A DNA stretch of 64,000 nt from an uncultured Verrucomicrobiae bacterium (GCA_963762565.1 CAVXLD010000002.1:1-64000), one strand, 5' to 3'; counted from the first letter of the stretch, positions 20,072 through 30,773 are shown. Notes: generated from the letters alone by a model not told the origin. Numbers and translations: made by a program.

Positions 20072-20440
20072 TTAGTTATCAGCCGGCTCCAGCTGTCTTG
20101 TCCGCCGGTGGTCGTGAACCTTCTCCATGTTCTCTGATGACCAGTGACACATGTTTTTGAGGATCTCCCGAAGTGACTGACCAAGCGGGGTCACTTCGTA
20201 TTCCACACGCGGCGGTACTGTTGGATAGATGGTTCGCTTGACCAGGCCGCTCTCCTCCAGATCTCGAATCTGTTCTACAAAGACCTTCTGGGTAACTGGC
20301 GGGATGCTCCTTCTTAACTCGCTGGAGCGGCGAGGCTTTTGTATCAGCTCCCAAAGAATGAAGACCTTCCAGCGACCTCGTAACATATCCATGAATTCTT
20401 CGATGGGACAGGCTTCCGTGCGATTCCGGGTAGTGGCCAT
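20072..20440 (-). CDS. HxlR-family winged-helix regulator
   Basis: CP.E, GRWK..IL, YPTVPPRVEY.VT. Confidence 0.92.
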   Translation of the reverse strand: MATTRNRTEACPIEEFMDMLRGRWKVFILWELIQKPRRSSELRRSIPPVTQKVFVEQIRDLEESGLVKRTIYPTVPPRVEYEVTPLGQSLREILKNMCHWSSENMEKVHDHRRTRQLEPADN

Positions 20441-20560
20441 AGGTAACCAGTTAGTGCCTACGTAACGAAAAAGTGCGGTCTTGTCGACCTTACACCGCTA
20501 CTTAAGATACTAGCGCCCGAGCGTTACCTCTTACCAACTAACCCCAAGACGAGCCATCTT

Positions 20561-20941
20561 ATGTCAATTGAGGAGAATAAGACTTTCGTCCGCCGCCATT
20601 TCGAAGAGTTCGTTAATCAGAAAAACCTCGAGATCGCGGATCGGAATTTTGCCAGCGATTATCGCGAGCATGGAACTGATGCCCCAGCTGGAACCGATCC
20701 GGGACCGAATGGCCCGAAAACCTATCTAGCGGTGGCGTTCAAGCGTTATCCGGACCTTCGAGTCACAATTGAAGATATCATTGCCGAGGGAGACAAAGTC
20801 GTGGTTCGAAACCGCTGGCAGGCAACTGAGGCGCAAACCGGCGAAGCAATTGAATTCACCGGAATCGTAATTTGGCGAATCGCCAGCGGGAAACTGGCGG
20901 AACGATGGGCCTATTTACAGGCCCCCCATCCTATTCACTGA
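20561..20941 (+). CDS. SnoaL-like ester cyclase
   Basis: EENK..VRR, PDL.VTIEDIIAEGDKVV. Confidence 0.85.
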   Translation: MSIEENKTFVRRHFEEFVNQKNLEIADRNFASDYREHGTDAPAGTDPGPNGPKTYLAVAFKRYPDLRVTIEDIIAEGDKVVVRNRWQATEAQTGEAIEFTGIVIWRIASGKLAERWAYLQAPHPIH

Positions 20942-20969
20942 TAACAGCTAACTACACAAACGAACCACT

Positions 20970-21830
20970 ATGATTCTTGTAACCGGCACACCAGGAAATA
21001 TCGGCACTCCTTTAGCTCAGCATCTCCTTCGACAAGGCAGGAAGATACGCTTGATGGTTCGCAATCCAAAAAAGCAGGATCAAGTCGTAGCGGATTTGCA
21101 ATCGCGCGGCGCAGAGATTGTACAGGGCGACTTCGGCGATCCAGGATCATTGGCAGATTGTTTTACCGGGATTGACTCGGCTTTTTTGCTGGTACCGGTC
21201 GCACTAGAAACTGCTGAATGGAAAAGTAATTTCATCCGAACCGCTAAACAAAACGGTGTGGAGCGGATCGTGAATTTATCCGTTTCCGGCGCGAACTCCA
21301 CCGCTCCGGTCGATCTGTTCCGTTGGCACTGGGAAGCAGAGCAAACCCTGGAATCATCCGGGATCGCGTGGACTCATCTTCAACCTACCGATCTCGCCCG
21401 TTTTAATATCCGCTCAATATTACCAACGGTGCCCTCGCAAGGCGCCTTCTATTCAACCATTGGCGACGGCCGCGTCGCTATGGTCGATGAGGAAGACGTC
21501 GCTGAGGTCGCGGCTGCTGTCCTCACCGAGGAAGGTCACGTGGGCAAAAAGTATGTACTCACCGGGCCCAAAGCTTTGAGTTATGCAGAAGTCGCCACCG
21601 CACTGAGTACAAAACTCGGGAAGCCGGTGAAATATATTGATATCGATCCGGTTCAGGCCAAGCAGGCGATGATTGGAGCCGGCCTGCCGGATTGGGTCGC
21701 CGATTTCGTGAATGACCTGCGGGAACTGGAGAAGAAGGGTGGAGCAAGCGGGCCGACGGCGGATATCCAGCATGTACTCGGACGCCCGCCACGGACGCTC
21801 GAAGTGAGCATCGATGCCGTGCTCGGCTAG
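20970..21830 (+). CDS. NmrA/atypical SDR NAD(P)H-binding protein
   Basis: ILVTGTPGNIG, VD.EDVAEVAA, LTGP.ALS. Confidence 0.88.
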   Translation: MILVTGTPGNIGTPLAQHLLRQGRKIRLMVRNPKKQDQVVADLQSRGAEIVQGDFGDPGSLADCFTGIDSAFLLVPVALETAEWKSNFIRTAKQNGVERIVNLSVSGANSTAPVDLFRWHWEAEQTLESSGIAWTHLQPTDLARFNIRSILPTVPSQGAFYSTIGDGRVAMVDEEDVAEVAAAVLTEEGHVGKKYVLTGPKALSYAEVATALSTKLGKPVKYIDIDPVQAKQAMIGAGLPDWVADFVNDLRELEKKGGASGPTADIQHVLGRPPRTLEVSIDAVLG

Positions 21831-21874
21831 GGTAAAAAGTGATTGGGGATTGGGGGGCGAAGGGCCTTGCATTT

Positions 21875-22115
21875 GGTGGGGCGAGGCTCCCGAAAGACCT
21901 AAGGCCGTTGCCAGGGGGGGTGCGACCGCTCGATACCCCCTGTTGCTAATAGGCCGATAAGCGTGCCGAGCCGTGGGTCTATGAGGTCGCTAGACCGTGA
22001 AAGGGACACATCAGGGACAACGGCTCGGCAGGTTTCTGGCCTATTGCCGCGTCCGGCTTCGAATCGTCTGAAACCCTGCTAATACCATCCGGTCGTTCCG
22101 GAGCCTCGCCCTACC
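21875..22115. repeat. Family A copy 2
   Basis: Same terminal and inner anchors; followed by (AATYACC)n to 22150. Confidence 0.9.
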
Positions 22116-22159
22116 AATCACCAATTACCAATTACCAATCACTAATCACCTTCCCCACC

Positions 22160-24055
22160 TCACTGCGGCAGAGCGTGTGCCGGCACCACGGCCGCCTCCG
22201 CTACGCGCCGTTCGCGCGCACGGATTCCGCGCCAATATTTCAGCGGCAGCAGACCGATGCCCATGATAACGAGCTGACTGGCAACAAAGCCTAGCAGCGG
22301 CCCAAACGCCTGGTCGATGAATCCGTAGGAGTGAAGACCAACGCCTAACATGTTAACGCCAAACCAGGAAAGACTACCAATGACATTCCCAAATACTGCC
22401 AACACGGCTATGCCACGCTCTCGAGCATAGCCGCCCCAGCGCGCATGCAGAATAATCGCATTCCAGAGCACCACTAAAAGGGCTCCGTTTTCTTTTGGAT
22501 CCCAACCCCAGAATCGGCCCCAAGATTGATCGGCCCAGATTCCGCCGAGGACTGTCGCCACTAAACTAAACAGCGTAGCGAAGCAAACAACGCCATAGAT
22601 CATCCGGCCTAAGGTTTTTGAAGCAGTCTCATCAAACGACGTCGTAAATACTCCGCGAAAGATGTAGATGATCCCAATCAACCCAGCGAGAAAAACGGCG
22701 GAATAACCGAGGACCTCGCCAACGACGTGAGTCGCCAACCAGGCGTTGGTGTCGAGCACCGCTCTCAGCATTTCCATCGTGTCGCCATCAAACTGCAAGT
22801 TCTGGGCGATTAAGAGCGTGCTAAAACCGATAACCGCACCGCACACACTTCCGATTCCATTCCGATAAATGCGCTCGAGCACTAAGCAAAACAGAACGGT
22901 AGCCCAGCCAACAAATATGGCTGAACTGTATAAATTCGTGACGGGCGGACGCCCCTGAATGTACATTCGCAGGGCCAAACCGGCCGTGTGAATAGCGAAA
23001 GCGAATCCGAGCAATAGGAACGCGGATTGGCCCAAGGTCTTTGGCCAGACCAACCAGGAAAAGAGGGCCAGCAAAAAGACAACCAAGTATAGGACCAGCG
23101 ACTGATAGAATGGTTGGGCCGAGTTGAAGAAGTACTCCAACGTCGGCCGGTTGAGTTCCTGACTAACATTCTTTTGTAAATACTGCTGATACTCACTCAG
23201 AGTCTGGTTAAAGGCGGCCGAATCACCATTGCGATAGGCCGAGACCATCCGCCCGTAGGCCGTGACTGGATACGGGATTTGGCCAGTGCCAATCGCGCTT
23301 AGTAGTGCTTCGGAGATTGGAGACCACCTGTCATTTTCTGTTTTGCCGTCAGGGTTCGGAATCGCGTAGGCGTATTTCGCCTGAGTCAGACTTTGGTATC
23401 TGTGAGTAAAGAGCAGAATTCGCTGGAACGCCTGATCGTCGTATGGCTTCCCTGCATCCCGGTTCTGAAGCGCATCGATGCCGGGTTTAATCGCTTGCTG
23501 AAAAACTTGGACTTCTTTTCCGAAATCCGGTGAGTCCTGCGGTTCAACCGTATTCCTAAGCTGGACATAGAGGCGCAGGACTTCGCGTAACCGGACAATG
23601 CCGCGTTGAAATGCATTCCGCGCGTCGGCATCGGTCTGCTCAGCTTGACCTGCCTGTTCTTCAATCCGGGCAAAGAAAGGTTGGAAATCGTTAAACGAAT
23701 AAGTTCCCGCCTTCCGCCATCCGAACAGGTCGAGAATATCCGGATTATTCACCTCGAAGACTTTTGCGGTATCCGCGTGTTCAGGCAGCATTAGCACGTC
23801 GAGCAACCATTCAATTTGCGACGGCTTTTGAGCCGCCTTCTGGTTCTCGGCGGTTTCTTCGACGCCGTGGTGGTTCATCTGCAGCAGAGAAACCCGGGCC
23901 AACGTATCCATCGGCAGTACTCGGCCGCCCGCCAGGACAGGTAACTTCCCGAAGCCGGCGACATCAAACCCGCTTTTCGCCTTCTTCGGGATCATTTGGG
24001 AGAGAGCCCATCCCGCAAACACGACAAAAATGATCCAGGGAATAATCCGCTTCAT
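22160..24055 (-). CDS. ccsA: Cytochrome c biogenesis protein CcsA/ResC with large periplasmic domain
   Basis: GRPPVTNLY, WLATHV, GGIWADQSWGRFWGWDPKE, GLHSY. Confidence 0.93.
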   Translation of the reverse strand: MKRIIPWIIFVVFAGWALSQMIPKKAKSGFDVAGFGKLPVLAGGRVLPMDTLARVSLLQMNHHGVEETAENQKAAQKPSQIEWLLDVLMLPEHADTAKVFEVNNPDILDLFGWRKAGTYSFNDFQPFFARIEEQAGQAEQTDADARNAFQRGIVRLREVLRLYVQLRNTVEPQDSPDFGKEVQVFQQAIKPGIDALQNRDAGKPYDDQAFQRILLFTHRYQSLTQAKYAYAIPNPDGKTENDRWSPISEALLSAIGTGQIPYPVTAYGRMVSAYRNGDSAAFNQTLSEYQQYLQKNVSQELNRPTLEYFFNSAQPFYQSLVLYLVVFLLALFSWLVWPKTLGQSAFLLLGFAFAIHTAGLALRMYIQGRPPVTNLYSSAIFVGWATVLFCLVLERIYRNGIGSVCGAVIGFSTLLIAQNLQFDGDTMEMLRAVLDTNAWLATHVVGEVLGYSAVFLAGLIGIIYIFRGVFTTSFDETASKTLGRMIYGVVCFATLFSLVATVLGGIWADQSWGRFWGWDPKENGALLVVLWNAIILHARWGGYARERGIAVLAVFGNVIGSLSWFGVNMLGVGLHSYGFIDQAFGPLLGFVASQLVIMGIGLLPLKYWRGIRARERRVAEAAVVPAHALPQ

Positions 24056-25290
24056 GCGATCACGCGCCTCCTCACAAAACTAACCAGATGCATGCCGAAC
24101 TGGATCACTAATCCGAGAGCCATCAGGCCGCACGCGACGTACGGCACTAACCGGCTCGGATTTTTCATAACCTGAAGAACCGTGGTGTGATCATTATTCC
24201 CAAAACCAGCCTGATAAAGAATCAGATCGGAATACCACAACGGATGATTCATGTAGATCAGCGCTTCGCGGTTTTCATGAGTCGATGGGTCAATTAATCG
24301 GACCTTACTGGAAAAGTTCTTGGCGATATCGGTGCCGGCATAACGATCATGATTAAACTCTTCCAAAGTGATCGAGAAGGGCCGGTAATACCGCCTGGGC
24401 CGAAACACGATTGTAAAAGGATCCGAACCAACCTTGAATTGGACCGGTTGCGGAAAGCCGCTCGATAATGCCCAGGAGCCAACCGATTTACCATCTTTAA
24501 ACAGGGTGACCGCGGCCGTTGGCTGGTTCCGCTCATTTTGTTTGTAGGTCTTTGGAATCGCGACTGCTACTGCCATCGGCCCGAGTCGCAGGTGCGGGTA
24601 GGTCGGCGAAGGCAATTGATTGGGATTGATCAGCGCCGCGTTCTCATACGATTCATCCACCCGCAATTGCAGGTCATCGACAGGTAAGGAAATTGTCTGA
24701 CCTTTCACCAGCCGGCCGGCCGGGACGCTGATCACCTGGTCCGAGTCCGGTTTCGATTGATCGATAATGGCCAGCTCATCAAAATAAGGGCTCTCTGAAT
24801 AGTTCTTGGTTTGCCCTTGATCGAGTTGGATCTGGCTCTCTTCTTCGAAAATGCTGGTCACAAGCTGCCCGATCAGTAGCAAGATCAGGCCCGAATGGAG
24901 GATTAAAATACCAGACTTTTTCCAACTGAATTTGAAACGAGAAACGTGCGCCGCGATCAGGTTAACCAAGAGGACCGCGCCCAGGGTGTAGCCTCCCGGA
25001 AAATAAGGAATGCGGAAATTGCTCCCCGGCAGCGTGAAGTATAGGAAGAAGCTCTTAAAATAACGCAGCTGAGCTTCATAAACACCGATCTGCACTTGAT
25101 CCAATGTCCCCACAAAAACAATGAACATCGCGCAGGCCAGGCAGACGATAGTTAGTCGCAGCGAGGCGAATGGCTTCAACACATTCTTTAGCAATACTGT
25201 TACCGACGTTCTCTGTCCTTCGGAAGCGGGAACGTTTCCCTGCGTTGTCGGCACCCCTGCTAGCGAGCGTTGGCCTTCTCTACTTATCAT
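24052..25290 (-). CDS. resB: ResB/CcsB-like cytochrome c biogenesis protein
   Basis: ASLRLT, ILH.GLI.LL.G, F.I.L..F..DRY.GT, IYMNHPL; overlaps ccsA. Confidence 0.8.
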   Translation of the reverse strand: MISREGQRSLAGVPTTQGNVPASEGQRTSVTVLLKNVLKPFASLRLTIVCLACAMFIVFVGTLDQVQIGVYEAQLRYFKSFFLYFTLPGSNFRIPYFPGGYTLGAVLLVNLIAAHVSRFKFSWKKSGILILHSGLILLLIGQLVTSIFEEESQIQLDQGQTKNYSESPYFDELAIIDQSKPDSDQVISVPAGRLVKGQTISLPVDDLQLRVDESYENAALINPNQLPSPTYPHLRLGPMAVAVAIPKTYKQNERNQPTAAVTLFKDGKSVGSWALSSGFPQPVQFKVGSDPFTIVFRPRRYYRPFSITLEEFNHDRYAGTDIAKNFSSKVRLIDPSTHENREALIYMNHPLWYSDLILYQAGFGNNDHTTVLQVMKNPSRLVPYVACGLMALGLVIQFGMHLVSFVRRRVIA

Positions 25291-25954
25291 TGGTTGATTT
25301 CACGTTGCTCGCGGGCGGTTCTTCCTGCTGCTTTCGCTGTTGCGGTTGTTCCGCAGGCGCGGACGGAAAGTGGAACGAGTGCACAAATCCCAAGAAATTA
25401 TCTTTTTGCGCCTTCAACAGATCCGCAGGGCCGCTCATCTTTATGAACCAGGTTCTGTCGGCCGTTCTCATCACTGCCCCAAGAATCGCGCTCACCTTTT
25501 CCGCGCCGGCCGGACTTTGGAGATCCACGATTACGGTCGGGACCCCGTCCACCGTTTCTTCCTGCCAGCTCTGAGCGAGCTGGTCCCCTTGAAGTGAAGG
25601 CTGATGCACCTGTTCACGCCAACGATTGACATTGGAATCCAAGCCGCCCGCATCACCCGGAAACGCTGTCACCGATACGTCAGCCGATTCACCGTCGCTG
25701 CCTTTGACGTCAAAGCTGCCCAAGCGCATCTCGCTTAAGGCCTTTTCAGTCCAGGCATCCGGTTTGGTCCAGCTAGCCGGATTCGCCGGCGCCGGGGGCG
25801 CCAAACTTCCTGAACCGCTTTGCAGCGACACCTGGTTATTCTCTTTCGGGATCCGATAGACCGAGATTTTCTCGTTGTTGCAGGCGGCGAGCGCCAACGC
25901 ACACAGAACGAGCGAGATCGAGCGCCGGGAACAGAAAAAGTTCTCTCGGATCAC
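25280..25954 (-). CDS. Conserved lipoprotein upstream of resB
   Basis: LAAC lipobox; VYRIPKE, NVNRWR.Q, WFIKM.G; start uncertain. Confidence 0.75.
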   Translation of the reverse strand: MIRENFFCSRRSISLVLCALALAACNNEKISVYRIPKENNQVSLQSGSGSLAPPAPANPASWTKPDAWTEKALSEMRLGSFDVKGSDGESADVSVTAFPGDAGGLDSNVNRWREQVHQPSLQGDQLAQSWQEETVDGVPTVIVDLQSPAGAEKVSAILGAVMRTADRTWFIKMSGPADLLKAQKDNFLGFVHSFHFPSAPAEQPQQRKQQEEPPASNVKSTNDK

Positions 25955-26184
25955 ACTGCTAAAGACTGACGGAAGCCAATGAAGAAACATCAAAACCGAT
26001 CGCGCCCCCTTTTTAGGCCCGTACCGCTGTGAATTTGCCCATTTTTCTTTGACGATCAAACCAGGAGCCCGGGGGACGCATATCAAACATGTTCATCGGG
26101 AACGCCAAACCGGGAAAACACCGCATTCGGAGTCACTTATCAGGACTTCTAATAGTTGACGGGGTGTCGCGCAAGTCCCGGGTT

Positions 26185-26357
26185 GGTGGGGCGAGGCTCC
26201 TGTGCGGTGCCAAGACATACAGATATGATCGGAGGGATAAGATGATCCGATTCCCCAGACCAATGTTAGGCCAGAAATCGTGCCGAGCCGTTCCCTTGAC
26301 CCGTCACGTTTCAGCGACTGCTACTGTCCTTTGGTCTTTAGGGAGCCTCGCCCCGCC
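26185..26357. repeat. Family A copy 3 (internally deleted)
   Basis: Both termini and the left inner anchor present; right inner anchor missing. Confidence 0.8.
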
Positions 26358-26369
26358 AAGTTGTCGTTC

Positions 26370-27155
26370 CTAAGCCAAAATCAACCGGCAAACCAAGATT
26401 CCCAACACCAGGCCTACCCCGACCTCCAGCCACGTATGGCGCCGAAGTTCGACCCGAGACCAGCCTACAGCGACGGCAAAGAGCATCGCCACTACGGCTA
26501 GCGGCGCGCTCAACGGCCACAACGAGCATGCGGTCAGCATCGCGAATGCAGCGTGCATTGACGGTTTCAACCATCGATTCAGAAACCAGCCGCCTACGAT
26601 GAGGATCATTGCTGCGAGACAACCGCGCGCATAAATGATGGGCTGACCGGTGACTGTAAGCACCAGCACGGTCAATAGTAAGAACGCGAAACCGATCAAG
26701 AAAAGCTGGGGCCTGTCTTTCCGCGCAGAAACATCGAGATCGCTCCATTGGCCAATCCGAACTTTTCGGAGGATATACAGCGACGCGGGGAGCAGGCAGC
26801 AAAGGATCACTGTCACAAGGCCGATCACAGACTCAAGCGGGCCGAAAAGAGATGCTCCGACAAGAAGTGCTACGATTGGCGAGAAAACAAACGGATGGCC
26901 GGCAATCGAGATCCATTTGGCGACCTGTCCGTTTCGCAGAGCCAGCGCCAATCCTCGCATAAAATGACGAGCTCCCCGCGAATCAGTTGCCTGTTGTTGT
27001 TGTTCAACGTACCAGCGACGAGCATTCCTTAATCCGGCATCTACAGACCGAACAGCGCTGACAACCAGCCACCTGACCACGATCCGCAGGGTTTCGATAA
27101 AAATGGTCCGGCGATTGTCTCGTTGCCCCGGGATCGGGTTTACGTACTGATTCAA
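26370..27155 (-). CDS. PAP2-superfamily membrane protein
   Basis: KPSMHA, WSRV.L.RH...EV..G; start uncertain. Confidence 0.75.
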   Translation of the reverse strand: MNQYVNPIPGQRDNRRTIFIETLRIVVRWLVVSAVRSVDAGLRNARRWYVEQQQQATDSRGARHFMRGLALALRNGQVAKWISIAGHPFVFSPIVALLVGASLFGPLESVIGLVTVILCCLLPASLYILRKVRIGQWSDLDVSARKDRPQLFLIGFAFLLLTVLVLTVTGQPIIYARGCLAAMILIVGGWFLNRWLKPSMHAAFAMLTACSLWPLSAPLAVVAMLFAVAVGWSRVELRRHTWLEVGVGLVLGILVCRLILA

Positions 27156-27275
27156 ATAGGTTCCCTCCCAGCGTCCGGCAACTGCCGGACCGACATGATC
27201 ACAATCCGCCTCTGCGGGTCACCGTTATATGCGAGACGGTACACCAAGCTCCGCTCGGTTTGCATTAGGAAATCC

Positions 27276-27542
27276 TTAGGACGACCAGTTTGATTGGGCA
27301 GAGGCAGATCGATGAGCCTCATCCAATTGCCGACAACTCCGCGCCATCATCCAAGCCAAACCGCTCAGAATAGATCCGACCATGATCAGCATGAAAACAA
27401 CACTCGCGGAAAAACCGAAGCTGATCCCGTCAACGCCTCCGTTGCCTGCCACACTCGAAGGTTCTTTACAGCCTTCACAAGCCATTACCGCAGGTGCGTT
27501 CGCCAACACCGCACCAATCAACGTAGCGAGAAATAGCCGCAT
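27276..27542 (-). CDS. Small membrane protein with CxxC after a signal peptide
   Basis: AVMA-CEGC followed by one TM helix. Confidence 0.7.
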   Translation of the reverse strand: MRLFLATLIGAVLANAPAVMACEGCKEPSSVAGNGGVDGISFGFSASVVFMLIMVGSILSGLAWMMARSCRQLDEAHRSASAQSNWSS

Positions 27543-27624
27543 ACCGGAAAATGTGCTATTTCGCGCGGTCGTGCAATCGATAAACCCGAAATAGGAACCA
27601 GGGATGGGAGTGCGTCCTCCCTTT

Positions 27625-28230
27625 CTACCGTTCGGCCCGCAAAAGGTTGCCGACGTCGATCAGGATTTTCTGAACAGTCTCCGGCGCAGTAGCATCGTAG
27701 ACGTTTCGTATTTTGCCTTGCCGGTCAATCAGCACGAAAAGATTCTCCGCCCCTATTCTACCCCGGCATCCTGCGATCGCTGAGGCCCAATCTTGAACCA
27801 GCCCGGGGGCACCTTCAGGGATAAGAACAAGATGCCAATGGTCAGAGGCTTCGTAACGCTGAGCATAATCTTTCAGCGCGTTCTTCTCTGCCCCGATAAA
27901 GAACGAGACCAAGGTCAGTCCCTGCACTCCCCGGAAATTCTGGTCGAGCTCCGCAAACTTGCCGCAGAGTAGTTCGGCTTCGTCTGGCCTACTAAAATTG
28001 ACAAAACCGGCAACCCAGATGATCCCCGAGAGTTCGGTAGTCCCGATCGGCCGGCCAGTTTGGTCGCTAGTCTCGTACCGTGGAGCCGGACCACACATTG
28101 CAAGAGCGGTTACCGAATGGCGGATCGACCCGTTCCAATAAAGGTATGCTGGAAAGAAAAGGACTCCGGCAACTACGAGCAGAATTGTCGCGCCAATGAT
28201 CTGGTTGAGGGGAGATCGCGAAGGTCGCAC
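27625..28230 (-). CDS. SCO/SenC-like protein lacking CxxxC
   Basis: N-terminal TM; DQTGR, L.G.IWVA.F, FVLIDRQGKIR.VYD. Confidence 0.75.
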   Translation of the reverse strand: MRPSRSPLNQIIGATILLVVAGVLFFPAYLYWNGSIRHSVTALAMCGPAPRYETSDQTGRPIGTTELSGIIWVAGFVNFSRPDEAELLCGKFAELDQNFRGVQGLTLVSFFIGAEKNALKDYAQRYEASDHWHLVLIPEGAPGLVQDWASAIAGCRGRIGAENLFVLIDRQGKIRNVYDATAPETVQKILIDVGNLLRAER

Positions 28231-28299
28231 TGGATTCGAAGGATTGGCTGTTTACCCGGGCCAGACGGAAAAGACGTTAGATCCGATCCAGAGCCCAGC

Positions 28300-28753
28300 T
28301 TAAGGAGCTACTTCTAGGCCGGCTGCTCGGGCCAGAGCCGATTGATTTGCATCGAATGTGAGCAGCTGCTCGGCTTCGAGCTCGCAACGCCGTGGCCACA
28401 TGCAGAATATCCAGAGCTCGATGACCGCCGGCCAGCGTATATTGGGCGCTGAGACGTTCGGCCGTGCTATGAACCTCCGGCCATTGAACCGGGATGAGTA
28501 GGATCGCGCCGCCGTTAATGTTTTCTTGCAGAACATCGAGCATCTGATTGGCTGCTCGTTTTGAAAAACCCGTCGAGCGATCTTTTGAGTGTCGAAACAC
28601 TTGAAAACGAGCAGACTGGCGGAATTCGGAGATCACTAGGGAAGACGCGTGAATCGGTTCTCTACTTCTCAACACGAAAGCGTCCGCTAAATGTGAGTTA
28701 TCCTGTTGCCGGTAGAGTGCGTACAGAAATGAGGTGTCAGCGAATGCTTTCAT
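28300..28753 (-). CDS. vapC: VapC PIN toxin; frameshift near the 3' end
   Basis: ADTSFL, RALDILHVATA, LLTFD.NQ. Confidence 0.88.
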
Positions 28754-29035
28754 CCCTCTTCACCTTCAGCCTCAGCCTGGTTCATCGCTTCCACTTCCTT
28801 TGACGAGAAAACCCTGCGACCCCAAATCCGTCTTCGTTGGGCCCGAAAATCGACCTTAGTTCCAGGTCTTTCCTCCGTCACAGGGAGCAGCCTGGCGAAG
28901 AGCTTGCCGCGCTTAATGATGGCAACCGGTTCGCCATCTTCAATCCAGGCCGATATCCGGCGGAAATGGTTGCGCAAATAGAGTGTAACCTCGACCATGA
29001 GCTCCACCACTATCCGCGACCGTTGCAGTCCTCAT
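28750..29035 (-). CDS. Phd/YefM-type antitoxin interrupted by a 34 nt insert
   Basis: MRTATVAD|LRNHFRRISAWIEDGEPVAIIKRGK; ATGA overlap with vapC. Confidence 0.8.
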
Positions 29036-29056
29036 GATACAAAATTCTATCATGAG
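29031..29056. promoter_or_regulatory. Probable TA autoregulation operator
   Basis: Perfect inverted repeat CTCATGATA-N8-TATCATGAG over the antitoxin start. Confidence 0.6.
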
Positions 29057-29239
29057 CTGACATCACGAGCAACCAAGCCAATCGCGAAAACGACTACTCC
29101 CCCTAAACGTCGCCGGGAGAGAGGCACCGTAATTGAATTGAGTTTGCCTACTAAATCCCTACCCTCCTTCCTCCGGAATGTCGGATCTGCCTCCACTTTC
29201 AATTCGAGGCAAGAACTGCCGGAAGATAGACGTTGAATC

Positions 29240-29610
29240 TTGACGAGTAGGAGTACTCTAATGGAGGGGTCCCCAGCGGGAAAGTCGTCTAAATCGCGCG
29301 TGACGAGTACCCTCTCGCGAACCTTCGCGAGAAAGCAAAGACGATCGCGTCAGGCTCTTTGAGTCGATACTGTATTTCGGAGCTCAATCGATCGCCTCGC
29401 TACGGCCTCGTACCAGCATCGATCATTTCGAAATACGCGAGGAGGCTCTCAACTTGAGTCTGATCTTCATGATCGCGAACGCCGGTTAAAACCTCAATCC
29501 AGCTGATGCGGGAAATCGCCACCTGCGAGTATCGTCCAACCTCTTTGTTTGCATTCGAGAATACCGTTTAGCAGATCAATGACGATGTTGGTATCAAACA
29601 CCGCCTTCAC
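29240..29610 (-). pseudogene. vapC: Second VapC PIN toxin; multiple frameshifts
   Basis: MKAVFDTNIVID, ISRISWIEVL.G, PDAIV.A, LVTRD..DF; 3' end approximate. Confidence 0.75.
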
Positions 29611-29854
29611 GAGCGCTTACCCCACTCTTCTCGCAGCTTTCGCTGAAACTCAACGGAATCGAACCTTCCGATGCTTCCATGCACCGAACGCTGGATGATT
29701 ACTTAAATCCAACCTCCGCTGCGAGCGTTTCGGAAGAAACATGGCGATTGCTCGGCGGACAGCTTCCGCCCGAGAAACGCCATGGACTTTTTGCTATATG
29801 CATCCGAACGCTCAGGATTTGTTACATCGGGCAGATCAACAATCAGTCCATCAT
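29607..29854 (-). pseudogene. RHH/CopG-type VapB antitoxin; frameshifted
   Basis: IVDLPD ... HGVSRAEAVRRAI ... DSVEFQRKLREEW; GTGA overlap with toxin. Confidence 0.7.
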
Positions 29855-29897
29855 TGCGATATCGTCCTATGATGACGCAGTTCAAGTCAACGCTGGC

Positions 29898-30464
29898 TCA
29901 GCGAATCAATATCTGAGCAGCTCTCCTCTTAATTGGTTCGACGTGGTCAGGCCGGAGCTCAACCCCACCATTCTTAAGATGGATTGGAATTTGATACGCC
30001 TCAAAATAGACGGTCCGGTTCTGTGGCCCCACCTGCGTGTATTCCAGGAAATTCTGTTTCGCATCATATCGTTCGTGACCGGTAATGACGTCGAGACCTA
30101 GATTTTGCTTTAGGAACTCAGCGGCTTGACCTGGACTGATACGCTGAGACTCGCCGAATTGCACCGTTACCGATGTGATCAACGCTTGTTCCGGTGTCAC
30201 TGAATCCCCTTTCACCGGCGTCGTATCAAATAGGAGAACCGATAGACCGCGCCACCCGCGTAATTCGTATAGGGAACGATTCGGCCGAGTTGAATAAGTC
30301 GTGGTTCCTCCGGGAAATTGGTCGATTGCAGTTTTCAGTGGCTTTCCGATTACCTTTTGCAGATCCGGGAGCTCGGATGCCTTTGCTGCGCTCAGAGCCA
30401 GGATAATAAGTGTACCAATCACTCTTGGATCACCTACCCGGAATCTAGCTAAACGATCCTGCAT
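29898..30464 (-). CDS. Exported hypothetical protein
   Basis: Hydrophobic signal IGTLIILALSAAKA. Confidence 0.65.
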   Translation of the reverse strand: MQDRLARFRVGDPRVIGTLIILALSAAKASELPDLQKVIGKPLKTAIDQFPGGTTTYSTRPNRSLYELRGWRGLSVLLFDTTPVKGDSVTPEQALITSVTVQFGESQRISPGQAAEFLKQNLGLDVITGHERYDAKQNFLEYTQVGPQNRTVYFEAYQIPIHLKNGGVELRPDHVEPIKRRAAQILIR

Positions 30465-30654
30465 GATCTGATACGGCTTTGGCGTGAGGATAATTGATCT
30501 TAGTAGGGAATTCGCACCCGCTGTCCTCACGACGATATCGTTTCATGATAACGTGAAGGGTCAAGGTACGAAGACCTTGGCGTCTCGGCAGCGCCCATGA
30601 TCAAAGCACAAACCGATAGGTGATCAGCCACAGTTTATGGCGGCCCGCCGGCCT

Positions 30655-30773
30655 GGGAAGGCGCGCGTCCTCGCGCGCCGCGAACAGGTCTATAATTTGG
30701 GACCTAGGCTAACGCTGGGTTGGGTCTGTTGTGGACTTCGGGAACAACTGATCGCGAGGACGCGATCCCTCCC
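30655..30773. repeat. Family C REP doublet, uninterrupted form
   Basis: GGGAAGGCGCGCGTCCTCGCGCGCC ... GATCGCGAGGACGCGATCCCTCCC. Confidence 0.8.

Noticed and set aside
26047..26060. FNR box upstream of the cytochrome c maturation genes
   Set aside because: TTTGA-CGA-TCAAA spacing does not match TTGAT-N4-ATCAA
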